A DNA stretch of 64,000 nucleotides from Deltaproteobacteria bacterium (lineage in GTDB: Bacteria; Desulfobacterota; Syntrophia; Syntrophales; Smithellaceae): the NCBI GenBank assembly GCA_012729055.1, contig JAAYDW010000042.1, positions 42,973 to 106,972 on the forward strand, written 5' to 3'. The translations under genes were made by a program, and so were the position numbers. The notes under the pieces are model-generated. The model saw only the letters and a list, made by a program, of their open reading frames with translations. It searched no databases and was not told the DNA's origin. Below, piece by piece: positions 27,238 through 35,636 of the stretch. Position 1 is the first letter of the stretch, and every line of letters begins with the position of its first letter.

Positions 27238-27310
27238 GGATGAACCTCCGTTGTGAAATTCCCTTCTCGCGCGGCAACCCGATATCGCCCGCGAGGTCAA
27301 GGGTAAAAAA

Positions 27311-29056
27311 TTATACGTTCTGCAGCGGGAAAAATAAAGAAACTTTTGTGCCGCGCCCGGGCTGGCTCTCGATGTCCATTTTGCCGCCGTGCGCAAGCAG
27401 CAAATGTTTGACGATCGAAAGGCCCAGGCCCGTCCCGCCCAGCTCGCGCGACCGTGTTTTATCCACGCGGTAAAAGCGTTCGCCCAGACGCGAAAGGTCC
27501 TCGCGGGGAATACCGGCTCCGGTGTCGGCGATCGTCACCGTCACCCCTTCGGCCCTGGCTTCGGCGCCGATCGTCACCCGTCCCCCCTCCGGTGTAAACT
27601 TCACGGCATTGTCCAGCACATTGACGAAAACCTGGCTCAGCCGGTCGCGGTCTCCCCGCAGCGACGGCAGATTCTCCGGCAGGCGATTGTCGATGTGCAG
27701 GCCCTTGGCCGCCGCCTTGGCCTCCATCAGGCCGACCACGCCGGAGACCACGTCCGGAAGCGCCACCTCTTCAAAGCAAAAGCGCATTTCACCCAGTTCA
27801 ATCTGCGATATCGTCAGGAGATCTTCCACCAGCCGGTCGAGCCGCCGGGCCTGCTTGAGCATGATGTCGACAAACCTCCGCGCGTCTTCGGGATGCGCAA
27901 GCGCCCCGGTCTGGAGGGTCTCCAGGTAACCGATGATCGCCGTCAGCGGCGTGCGGATTTCATGGGTGACATTGGCGACAAAATCCGTACGGATGCGTTC
28001 GAGCTTCTTTAACCGCGTGACGTCATGGAAGACGATCATGCTTTTTTCTTCTTCCGGGTAGCCGTGAATTTCGGAGATGCTGACGCGCAGGATCACCGGA
28101 TCGGCGCCGCCCAGCGTGATTTCTCCGGCAACCGTCTCGCGCGACTGCCGGAAATGCCGAAAGGCTTGCTGCAGCTCCAGATTGCGAAAGGCTTCCATCA
28201 GCGTCTTGCCGCCCACATCGCCGTATTGACCGGCCAGAAGACCGGCCAGCGACGGGCTCACAAATTCAATCCTCTCGGCGTTGTTCAGGATCAAGACGCC
28301 TTCATTGATACTGGTCAGCGCCGTCATCAGTTTGCTTTTTTCTTCGTTGGCCAGACGGATCTTATCCTGAAGTTCGGCGACCAGATAGTTGATGTTGTCC
28401 GCAAGCTTTTTCGTTTCGTCAGAGGTCCTAAGCAGTATGCTGCCGGGCATTTCTCCCCGGCGGAGCCTCTCGGTGAACCGTTCCATCATCCGGATCGGCC
28501 AGGCCAGTTTGTAGGAGATGAACAGCGCAACGCCCAACGCAACAACGGAGACCATCACGATGGTGAGAAAAATGGACCGATACACCTGATCAATGAGGCG
28601 CTGCACGTCATGGAGCGGACGGGCCAGCCGGACGTAGCCGGTAATGGTCGGCCCGCTCCTGATCGGCACGGCGACGTAGAGCATCTCCACACCGAGCGAC
28701 CGGCTGAAGCGCACGGACCGACCCTTGCCTTTCAGCCGGGCTTCCTGGATTTCCGGCCGGTTCAGATGATTTTCCAGCGCGGCGGCATCCTTTTCCGAAT
28801 CGGCGGACACCCGGCCCGCCGCATCCACCAGCGTCACCCGGGAACCGGAGATGCGCGCGATCTGCCGCAGTTGCGCGGACATGGACCGGGCGGATCCGAG
28901 GTCGATCAGCTCCGCGTCGGTCAAGAGCTCGCTTTCGATCTTGTCGGTCATGATCCGACGGATTTCGTCCTTGATCAGAAAGTTCAGAACCGCAAACCCG
29001 CACAGGATGATGATCAGATACGAGGAGAAAATCTTTAAAAAAAGATTGCGCTTCAC
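27311..29056 (-). CDS. phoR: Phosphate regulon sensor histidine kinase PhoR-like
   Basis: Two TM helices flank a periplasmic domain of about 130 aa, followed by HAMP and a PAS-like region. It has the H-box FVANVTHEIRTPLTAI and the G-boxes DTGAGIP and GGTGLGLSIVKH. It sits at the end of the pst-phoU operon. Confidence 0.85.
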   Translation of the reverse strand: MKRNLFLKIFSSYLIIILCGFAVLNFLIKDEIRRIMTDKIESELLTDAELIDLGSARSMSAQLRQIARISGSRVTLVDAAGRVSADSEKDAAALENHLNRPEIQEARLKGKGRSVRFSRSLGVEMLYVAVPIRSGPTITGYVRLARPLHDVQRLIDQVYRSIFLTIVMVSVVALGVALFISYKLAWPIRMMERFTERLRRGEMPGSILLRTSDETKKLADNINYLVAELQDKIRLANEEKSKLMTALTSINEGVLILNNAERIEFVSPSLAGLLAGQYGDVGGKTLMEAFRNLELQQAFRHFRQSRETVAGEITLGGADPVILRVSISEIHGYPEEEKSMIVFHDVTRLKKLERIRTDFVANVTHEIRTPLTAIIGYLETLQTGALAHPEDARRFVDIMLKQARRLDRLVEDLLTISQIELGEMRFCFEEVALPDVVSGVVGLMEAKAAAKGLHIDNRLPENLPSLRGDRDRLSQVFVNVLDNAVKFTPEGGRVTIGAEARAEGVTVTIADTGAGIPREDLSRLGERFYRVDKTRSRELGGTGLGLSIVKHLLLAHGGKMDIESQPGRGTKVSLFFPLQNV

Positions 29057-29072
29057 GGGGATCTCCTTTGCG

Positions 29073-29756
29073 TCACGGGGCCGGACAGGTCCGGTGGCGG
29101 ACGCATTCTCCGGTCACCATATACGTGACCATGTCCGCGATGCCCTTGGCATGGTCGGCGATGCGCTCCAGATTTTTGGACACCTGCATGATCATGAGAG
29201 ACCGGTGAATCGATTTGGAATCCTCCATCATAAAGGTCAGAAGCTCCCGGAAAATCTGTTCATTTAAATCGTCGACTGCCTGTTCCGTCCGCCGCACCTG
29301 GTCGGCCAGTTTCAGATCGCCGCGGATAAAGCTGTCGAGCGAATTGCGGATCATATCGCCGACCAGCTGGGCCATGCGCGGCAGATCGATGTAGGGCTTG
29401 AGCTGCGGCTCCTCGATCAGCTGCAGCGCTTTTTCCGCGATATTCACCGCCATGTCGCCGATCCGCTCCAGATGACCGGTGATTTTAATGGCGGTGGTGA
29501 TGAAGCGCAGGTCGATCGCGGTAGGCTGGCGCAGCGCCAGAATTTTGATGCAGCGCTCTTCAATTTCCGAGTCCAGGCGGTCGATTGCGTCGTCCTCCCG
29601 GATCACCTGGCGGGCCAGTTCCGCGTTTCGGGCCTCGAGAGACGTCATGGCCTGCTGAATCGCCTTTTCCGTCAGGACGCCCAGATAGATGAGCCCGTCC
29701 TTGATTTCCTGCAGCTCTTTTTCAAAGTGCAAACTCGTATGATGCTTTTCCTGCAT
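29073..29756 (-). CDS. phoU: Phosphate signalling complex protein PhoU
   Basis: Two PhoU repeats with the ERIGD/ERIADH motifs (HLERIGDMAVNIA, NLERIADHAKGIA). The ATG at 29756 has a GGGGGG RBS. Confidence 0.9.
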   Translation of the reverse strand: MQEKHHTSLHFEKELQEIKDGLIYLGVLTEKAIQQAMTSLEARNAELARQVIREDDAIDRLDSEIEERCIKILALRQPTAIDLRFITTAIKITGHLERIGDMAVNIAEKALQLIEEPQLKPYIDLPRMAQLVGDMIRNSLDSFIRGDLKLADQVRRTEQAVDDLNEQIFRELLTFMMEDSKSIHRSLMIMQVSKNLERIADHAKGIADMVTYMVTGECVRHRTCPAP

Positions 29757-29776
29757 GGCAAGCCCCCCTTCGGCTG

Positions 29777-30544
29777 TCATCCAAATCTGCCCGTGATGTA
29801 GTCCTCCGTCTGCTTGACGTCGGGCTTGGTGAAAATCTTTTCCGTTTTGTTGTATTCAATCAAATTCCCCAGATAAAAGAAAGCGGTTTGATCGGATATT
29901 CGCGCCGCCTGCTGCATGTTGTGGGTCACAATGATGATCGTGTAGTGCCGCTTCAGTTCTTCGACGAGTTCTTCGATTTTCGCCGTTGAAATCGGATCCA
30001 GCGCGGACGTCGGCTCATCCATCAACAAGACATCCGGTTTCATCGCCAAAGCGCGCGCGATGCACAGCCGCTGCTGCTGGCCGCCGGACAGATTCATGGC
30101 GGATTTGTCGAGAATGTCCTTCACCTCGTCCCACAGCACCGCCTGCCTGAGGCTCTGTTCCACCAGGCCGGGAAGGTCGGCGGCCGAAACACCGTTCAGC
30201 CTCGGCCCGTAGGTAATGTTGTTGTAGATCGTCTTGGGAAAGGGATTCGGCTTCTGGAAGACCATGCCGATCTTCCGGCGGATTTCCACCGGATCCACCT
30301 GCGGCGCGTAAATATTGCGGCCTTCGAAAAGAATTTCTCCCTCCACGCGGGTCCCGTCGATCAGATCGTTCATGCGGTTTAAAAGCCGCAGCAGCGTTGA
30401 TTTTCCGCACCCGGAGGGTCCGATGAGCGCCGTCACTTTATTTTTTTCGAATTGCATGGAAATATCCGTAAGCGCCCGGACGGCGCCGTAGTAAAAGTTG
30501 ACGCGATGGATCCGAATAATGTCGTTGGCTGCCATTTCTACCAC
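29777..30544 (-). CDS. pstB: Phosphate ABC transporter ATP-binding protein
   Basis: [26 protein letters not shown] and [12 protein letters not shown], with a PstB-typical N-terminus and length. Confidence 0.95.
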   Translation of the reverse strand: MVEMAANDIIRIHRVNFYYGAVRALTDISMQFEKNKVTALIGPSGCGKSTLLRLLNRMNDLIDGTRVEGEILFEGRNIYAPQVDPVEIRRKIGMVFQKPNPFPKTIYNNITYGPRLNGVSAADLPGLVEQSLRQAVLWDEVKDILDKSAMNLSGGQQQRLCIARALAMKPDVLLMDEPTSALDPISTAKIEELVEELKRHYTIIIVTHNMQQAARISDQTAFFYLGNLIEYNKTEKIFTKPDVKQTEDYITGRFG

Positions 30545-31425
30545 CTTTTGTTTCTTCTCATATATCCCCGGATGACGATGGCGACAAGGTCGATCCCCAA
30601 AACCACCGCCACCAGCACCAGCACCGTTCCGAACTGAATGGGCCGCGTGGCTTCAATATGGGTTCCCGCCGTCGCCAGAACATAAATATGATACGGAAGG
30701 GCCATGACCTCGTCAAAAATCGATCCGGGCAGTTTGGCTGTAAAATACGCCGCTGCGGTGAACATGATCGGGGCTGTTTCTCCCGCGGCCCGCCCGATGC
30801 CCAGAATCGATCCGGTCAGAATTCCCGGCAACGCGTTGGGCAGCACAATGCGGTAGATGGTCTGCCATTTGGAAACGCCCAGCGACAAAGACGCCTCCCG
30901 GAAGGTCTGCGGAACGCCTTTGAGCGCCTCTTCCGCAGCGCCGATAATCGTGGGCAAAATCAAAAAGCCCAGCGTGAGCGATCCGGACAAAATGCTCGAA
31001 CCAAATCCCAGAAAAATGACGAAAAACCCCAGACCGAACAGGCCGAAAACCACCGACGGCACGCCCGCCAGGCAGTTGATACCGACCTTGATGAGCCGGA
31101 TCACCCGGCCCTGCTTGGCATATTCCGTAAGATAGATCGCCGAGGCAATGCCCAGCGGCAGACCGACGGCGATGGCGCCGACGGTCAGGTATATCGTCCC
31201 GAGAATGGCCGGCAAAATGCCGCCTTTGGTCATCGAGTCCGTGGGCGGCCTGGTGATGAACTCCCAGCTGATCGCGGAAATACCGTGATAAAAAATATGA
31301 AAAAGCACGCCTCCCAGCGCCAGCACAATCAGCAACGCCGAAGCGCGCACGAGCGTGAAGAAAATCGTTTGTTTGAGATAGCGCCGACGCATCAGGCGGA
31401 CGCCGGCGGCCTCACTGGTTTTCAT
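30538..31425 (-). CDS. pstA: Phosphate ABC transporter permease PstA
   Basis: 295-aa polytopic permease with the EAA-type loop [20 protein letters not shown], positioned between pstC and pstB. Confidence 0.9.
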   Translation of the reverse strand: MKTSEAAGVRLMRRRYLKQTIFFTLVRASALLIVLALGGVLFHIFYHGISAISWEFITRPPTDSMTKGGILPAILGTIYLTVGAIAVGLPLGIASAIYLTEYAKQGRVIRLIKVGINCLAGVPSVVFGLFGLGFFVIFLGFGSSILSGSLTLGFLILPTIIGAAEEALKGVPQTFREASLSLGVSKWQTIYRIVLPNALPGILTGSILGIGRAAGETAPIMFTAAAYFTAKLPGSIFDEVMALPYHIYVLATAGTHIEATRPIQFGTVLVLVAVVLGIDLVAIVIRGYMRRNKRW

Positions 31426-32309
31426 AGCGTCGCCGACCCCGTCTGTCTGAATCTGTGCGAAACGTAGTCCGCGATCAGGTTGAAAGCCAGCGTCAGCAGA
31501 AACAAAACAATGCCGGTGGCGAACAGGGCCTGGTAATGCGCGCTTCGGAACGGCGTCTCTCCCATTTCAGCGGCGATGCTCGCGGGCATGGGGCGCACTG
31601 AATCGAACAGGCTCTCCGGAATCGCCGCCGCGCCGCCGGCCACCATCAGCACCACCATGGTCTCGCCGATGGCCCGCGCCATCCCCAGCATGATCGCGGT
31701 GGAGATGCCGGAAAGCGCCGCGGGCACAATCACTTTCGCAATGGTTTCGAATTTGGTCGCCCCCAGCGCATAGGAAGCTTCTTTGAATTCCCGCGGCACC
31801 GCATACAGCGCGTCTTCGGAAATGCTCGAAATCGTGGGAATCGCCATGACGGCCAGAATGATTGACGCGTTGATGATATTCAATCCGGTGGGCAGATCAA
31901 AGGTCTCCTGCAGCCAGGGCGCGATAATCACCATGCCGAAAAATCCCAAAACGACGGACGGCAGTCCGGCCAGCAGCTCGATCGCGGATTTGAGGATTTC
32001 CTTCACGCGCTGCGGCGCGATTTCCGAAATGTAAACGGCCGCCAGCACGCCCAGCGGCACGGAAATCAACGTTGCAATCGCCGTCACGATGAGCGATCCG
32101 ACAATCAGCGGGAAAATCCCGAAGGACGGGGGATCGTACGTGGGATACCACTCCAGGCCGAACAGAAAATCGTGCACGGCAACCGTCGAAAAAAGCGGAA
32201 GCCCTTCGCGAAACAGAGAAAAGACAATCAGCCCCAGAACGATGATGGAAACCAGGGCAAAAAGCAGGAATAAATATTTAATGAAAATTTCTTTGGTTTT
32301 TCGATTCAT
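31422..32309 (-). CDS. pstC: Phosphate ABC transporter permease PstC
   Basis: 295-aa polytopic permease with the EAA-type loop EASYALGATKFETIAKVIVP and a 4-nt overlap with pstA. Confidence 0.9.
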   Translation of the reverse strand: MNRKTKEIFIKYLFLLFALVSIIVLGLIVFSLFREGLPLFSTVAVHDFLFGLEWYPTYDPPSFGIFPLIVGSLIVTAIATLISVPLGVLAAVYISEIAPQRVKEILKSAIELLAGLPSVVLGFFGMVIIAPWLQETFDLPTGLNIINASIILAVMAIPTISSISEDALYAVPREFKEASYALGATKFETIAKVIVPAALSGISTAIMLGMARAIGETMVVLMVAGGAAAIPESLFDSVRPMPASIAAEMGETPFRSAHYQALFATGIVLFLLTLAFNLIADYVSHRFRQTGSATL

Positions 32310-32346
32310 GTCGCCGGATCCGCGGCCGCCCGGTTTCGGGTCGGCG

Positions 32347-32390
32347 TAAAAATCTCGCCGCGAAAGAAAGCCGCAACGCTCTTTCGCGGC
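32347..32390 (-). terminator. pstS-pstC intercistronic hairpin (partial terminator/mRNA stabiliser)
   Basis: Minus strand reads GCCGCGAAAGA-12 nt loop-TCTTTCGCGGC, an 11-bp perfect stem, followed by GAGATTTTTAC. It lies in the 104-nt gap after pstS. Confidence 0.6.
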
Positions 32391-32413
32391 AAAATCCCCG
32401 CAAAACGGATAGC

Positions 32414-33259
32414 TTACTTCTTCTTGACCGTTTTCTTAACCTCTGCGAGGGGAACAAATCCTTCCCTGGCCACAATCTTCTGACCTTCAGCGGATTTCAC
32501 AAACGCAAGATATTTGGCTGTCGCGCCCTGCGGCTCGCCGTCGGTGTACATATAGAGCTCGCGGGAGAAAGGATACTCCTTGGACATCGCCGCCTGGATG
32601 CTTGCCGTGATGCCGTTGACCTGCAAGGCTTTAACGGTTTTATTGACATAGCCGATGCCCAGGTAAGCAATGGCATAGCGGTTTTTTGAGATCGCCGTCA
32701 CCAGCGCGCCGTTGGACGCCAGCATCTGAGCCCGGGGCGTCACTTTCGCCTTCCGCATGACGAAATGATCCCAGGATTCAAAGGTGCCGGACGAAGAGTC
32801 ACGGGAAATGACGACAATTTTGAGGTCGGCTCCTCCCACTTCCTTCCAGTTGGTGATGTTGCCCTGGTAAATCTGGCTCAATTGGTCAACGGTCAGATTA
32901 TTGACCTTGTTTTTAGGATGAACGACGGGAATGATGGCGTCAAAGGCGACCACGTGGGCGACCGGCTTGACGCCCTTGGCCCTGGCCAGTTCCACTTCCT
33001 TGTCTTTGATTGCGCGCGACGACGTGGCGATATTCGTGGTTTTATCGATCAGCGCCTTGATGCCTTCGCCGGAGCCGCCGCCGGACAGCGACATCTGCAC
33101 CCCGGGATTGGCTTTCATGAAAGCTTCCAGCGTCCCCTGCGCCACGGGCAGAACCGTGGTCGATCCCTTGATCACAATGGCGTCTGCCGCCCAGACGGCG
33201 CCGCTTAAAAGTGCCGCCGCCGCAAGCGACAGCAGTCCGCTTTTCAAATAGTTGATCAT
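32414..33259 (-). CDS. pstS: Phosphate ABC transporter substrate-binding protein (PstS family)
   Basis: Signal peptide MINYLKSGLLSLAAAALLSGAVWA, then IKGSTTVLPVAQ, SGGGSGEGIKAL and VISRDSSSGT. It is the first gene of the pst operon, behind a Pho box. Confidence 0.85.
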   Translation of the reverse strand: MINYLKSGLLSLAAAALLSGAVWAADAIVIKGSTTVLPVAQGTLEAFMKANPGVQMSLSGGGSGEGIKALIDKTTNIATSSRAIKDKEVELARAKGVKPVAHVVAFDAIIPVVHPKNKVNNLTVDQLSQIYQGNITNWKEVGGADLKIVVISRDSSSGTFESWDHFVMRKAKVTPRAQMLASNGALVTAISKNRYAIAYLGIGYVNKTVKALQVNGITASIQAAMSKEYPFSRELYMYTDGEPQGATAKYLAFVKSAEGQKIVAREGFVPLAEVKKTVKKK

Positions 33260-33307
33260 CGATGAATCCTCCTCACTGTTTTATGCTCCGGTTTCTACCG
33301 GATCAAT

Positions 33308-33347
33308 GTTACAGGATGATGACAGGTTGATAAAAATGCCAAGACAG
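33308..33347 (-). promoter_or_regulatory. Pho box array (PhoB binding site) upstream of pstS
   Basis: Minus strand reads CTGTCTT-ggca-TTTTTAT-caac-CTGTCAT-catc-CTGTAAC with 11-bp periodicity. The proximal 18 bp matches the E. coli consensus CTGTCAT-A(A/T)A(T/A)-CTGTCA(C/T). It ends 49 nt before the pstS ATG. Confidence 0.7.
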
Positions 33348-33380
33348 ATTCAGGTTCGCAACGGCAAAGCCGCCGGACGG

Positions 33381-34079
33381 TTACCGGCCGTCGGAGAATT
33401 TATAGCCGAAGCCGCGCACGGTTAGAATATAGCGGGGATGTTCCATGTTTTTTTCAATCTGACTGCGCAGGCGGCGGATATGAACGTCGACCGCCCGGTC
33501 CGTGATAAACGTTTCATCTCCCCAGACATGGTCCAGGATCTGATTTCTGGTGTACACCCGGCCGGGATTGCGGGTAAAAAAGAAAAGCAGTTTGAGCTCC
33601 GTGGGACTCAACGTCACGGGGCGGCCGTCCACCTGAACCACGCAAGATGCGTAATTAATGGTCAGTCCGTCGAATTCAAAGATTTCCCGGGCGGAAGGCT
33701 TCTTTCCTTCCTCGACGCGTCTCAGAACCGTCCTCACCCTGGCAATCAGTTCCTTCACGCTAAAGGGCTTGGTCATGTAATCATCCGCCCCGATTTCGAG
33801 ACCGATGATCTTATCGACTTCGTCGCCCTTGGCCGTCAGCATGATGATCGGCAGGAGCGAGGTTTCCGGATTGGCGCGAATCTTCTTGCAGATGTCCAGA
33901 CCGCCGATGCCCGGCAACATCAGGTCCAGTATTACCAAATCGGGTTTTTCCGTTCTGACTTTTCCGAGAGCCGCTTCTCCGTCGTGCGCTTTTACCGTGG
34001 AAAATCCTTCCCGCGCCAGGTTGTAGGAAACCAGTTCGACAATGTCGGGTTCATCGTCAACAATCAAAATTTTTGCCAT
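33381..34079 (-). CDS. phoB: Phosphate regulon response regulator PhoB (OmpR family)
   Basis: MAKILIVDDEPDIVELV, DLVILDLMLPG and a winged-helix C-terminus LTVRGFGYKF. The ATG is at 34079. Confidence 0.9.
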   Translation of the reverse strand: MAKILIVDDEPDIVELVSYNLAREGFSTVKAHDGEAALGKVRTEKPDLVILDLMLPGIGGLDICKKIRANPETSLLPIIMLTAKGDEVDKIIGLEIGADDYMTKPFSVKELIARVRTVLRRVEEGKKPSAREIFEFDGLTINYASCVVQVDGRPVTLSPTELKLLFFFTRNPGRVYTRNQILDHVWGDETFITDRAVDVHIRRLRSQIEKNMEHPRYILTVRGFGYKFSDGR

Positions 34080-34161
34080 AGGCAACCTGCGGTTCTTTCA
34101 GGGCACAGCGGGGCGTTTTGCGGCGCGTTCCTGCCGGCTCGGATCCAATTTGCGGCTGGAA

Positions 34162-34422
34162 TTAATCGGGAATGACCTTAAATACTTCGTCTCCGGGACG
34201 AACGCGATCCGAAACTTTCATGCCGATCGATTCACCGGCAACCGCTTTCTGCACCGGCTGGTTGTTCACTTCCATGGACTGAATCACGTCAGTGAATTCC
34301 GTAGTATGCCCGGAAAACTTTACGCTGTCGCCGACCAGCAATTCTCCATCCGTGATATGAACAGCCGCCACGGAAGGCTTCGCAAAGAATTTGACGACTT
34401 CGCCGATCTTTTTTTCTGCCAT
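34162..34422 (-). CDS. Translation elongation factor-like small protein (EF-Tu domain 2-type beta-barrel, 86 aa)
   Basis: The ATG at 34422 has a GGGGGAGG RBS. The product is MAEKKIGEVVKFFAKPSVAAVHITDGELLVGDSVKFSGHTTEFTDVIQSMEVNNQPVQKAVAGESIGMKVSDRVRPGDEVFKV. The pattern G..I.f.g......v.S.......v..A..G..vG resembles EF-Tu domain II. Confidence 0.65.
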   Translation of the reverse strand: MAEKKIGEVVKFFAKPSVAAVHITDGELLVGDSVKFSGHTTEFTDVIQSMEVNNQPVQKAVAGESIGMKVSDRVRPGDEVFKVIPD

Positions 34423-34602
34423 GATGAATTCCTCCCCCTGTAAGCCATTGTTTTTTTCGTGTTTCAGCAATAAATCCTCGTTTGAAAAAACGACCGTCAG
34501 ACCGTATTCGTCTTCGTGTTTCTTTTGAAAGTAATACATTTTTTATTTTTAAAAAACAACCCAAAAAAAAGACGCGCGCTCCGGATGCCACATGATAATA
34601 TT

Positions 34603-34611
34603 TGATATAAT
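34603..34611 (+). promoter_or_regulatory. Extended -10 promoter element (TGATATAAT)
   Basis: An exact TGnTATAAT lies in a locally AT-rich tract 218 nt upstream of the next plus-strand start codon. No good -35 is present, and extended -10 promoters do not require one. Confidence 0.3.
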
Positions 34612-34767
34612 TCAGCTATTCGACTTATCTGCTTCGGCGCGTTGCCGGCCCGCTTCGACTTTTCTTTCGCCCCCGCAAACGCCTCTCCCTTCAATCATGG
34701 CGTTTCCGTTTGCGCGTTATATTCCCCCGTCAAGGGGGTGCCTTTCTTTTTTCCGATATTCATCAAT

Positions 34768-34785
34768 CTGTCATCAAACTGTAAC
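34768..34785 (+). promoter_or_regulatory. Pho box upstream of the sensor-like gene/pit operon
   Basis: CTGTCAT-caaa-CTGTAAC is followed 8 nt later by CATAAA/TAAAGT (-10-like), 43 nt before the ATG at 34829. It matches the pstS box at 21 of 24 positions including the flanking ATTG. Confidence 0.65.
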
Positions 34786-34828
34786 ATTGGTTTCATAAAG
34801 TTCATTAAAGAAATGAGCGAGGCATTTT

Positions 34829-35542
34829 ATGAAAGAACCGGTCAGTATTTTCCGGAAAATTTCCCTGCGCCGGCGGGTGGTCAGCGCCATCGGCCTCATG
34901 ACCGTGCTTACAGTTGTCATTGGATTGTTCGGCCTGGCGGTCGTTGCGGATACCCATCAACGTCTTCACAAAAGCGTTCTGGAGGCCAGCGCCATGGCCG
35001 CCGCCATTGACGACGCAAGACTGGCCCAGGTTCACTTTAAAATGCAGGTCCAGGAGTGGAAAAACATTCTCCTGCGCGGCCGCGACAAAAACCTTTTCGA
35101 CAAGCACACAAAGGCCTTCGCCGAGGAAGAGCGAAAAGTAAAAGAATATTTGCAGTCCCTGTCCCGGAGGATCGCGGCCCTGGAGTGGTCTGTGCCCCGG
35201 ATTGCGGATGTCACGGCCGCGCACGAAACGCTGGGACAACGCTATCACGGGATTCTCCGGGAACATCCGAGACGCGATTCCACAACCGTCGCGCGAATCG
35301 ACGAAAGCGTCCGCGGCATGGACCGCGGTCTCACCGATGAGATCGACGCAATTGTCGGAACGATCAGAACCCTCGCGGAAAAACGGCTCGCGGAAACGGA
35401 GACGGTCGCCCGGACCCGGATGGACGCGTTTTACGCCCTGTCCTTCTTCATTGTTTTTCTCATCGCGGCCGGGATTCTCTTCGGCATCCACAACATCCGG
35501 TCCATCACCCGGGAGCTCTCCGGAGAAGGGAAAAACCACTGA
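34829..35542 (+). CDS. Membrane protein with an MCP-type four-helix-bundle sensor domain only (no HAMP or signalling domain)
   Basis: TM1 is VVSAIGLMTVLTVVIGLFGLAVV. The periplasmic region carries QVHFKMQVQEWKNILLRGRD, which I recognise from 4HB_MCP sensor domains. TM2 is FYALSFFIVFLIAAGILFGI, and the protein stops after IRSITRELSGEGKNH. Confidence 0.7.
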   Translation: MKEPVSIFRKISLRRRVVSAIGLMTVLTVVIGLFGLAVVADTHQRLHKSVLEASAMAAAIDDARLAQVHFKMQVQEWKNILLRGRDKNLFDKHTKAFAEEERKVKEYLQSLSRRIAALEWSVPRIADVTAAHETLGQRYHGILREHPRRDSTTVARIDESVRGMDRGLTDEIDAIVGTIRTLAEKRLAETETVARTRMDAFYALSFFIVFLIAAGILFGIHNIRSITRELSGEGKNH

Positions 35543-35636
35543 CCCGGATTGCGCCTGGAGAGATCTCGCGCGTTTTTGCGCAACTCGGGAGGCTTTTGCG
35601 ATTTGCCAAACAACGCGGAAAGGAACGTTCTGAATC

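Noticed and set aside
34592-34798. 68-aa and 33-aa plus-strand ORFs in the AT-rich spacer upstream of the sensor-like gene
   Set aside because: They have no RBS and an implausible composition, and they run through the Pho box and promoter elements. The RNA/regulatory interpretation is preferred.
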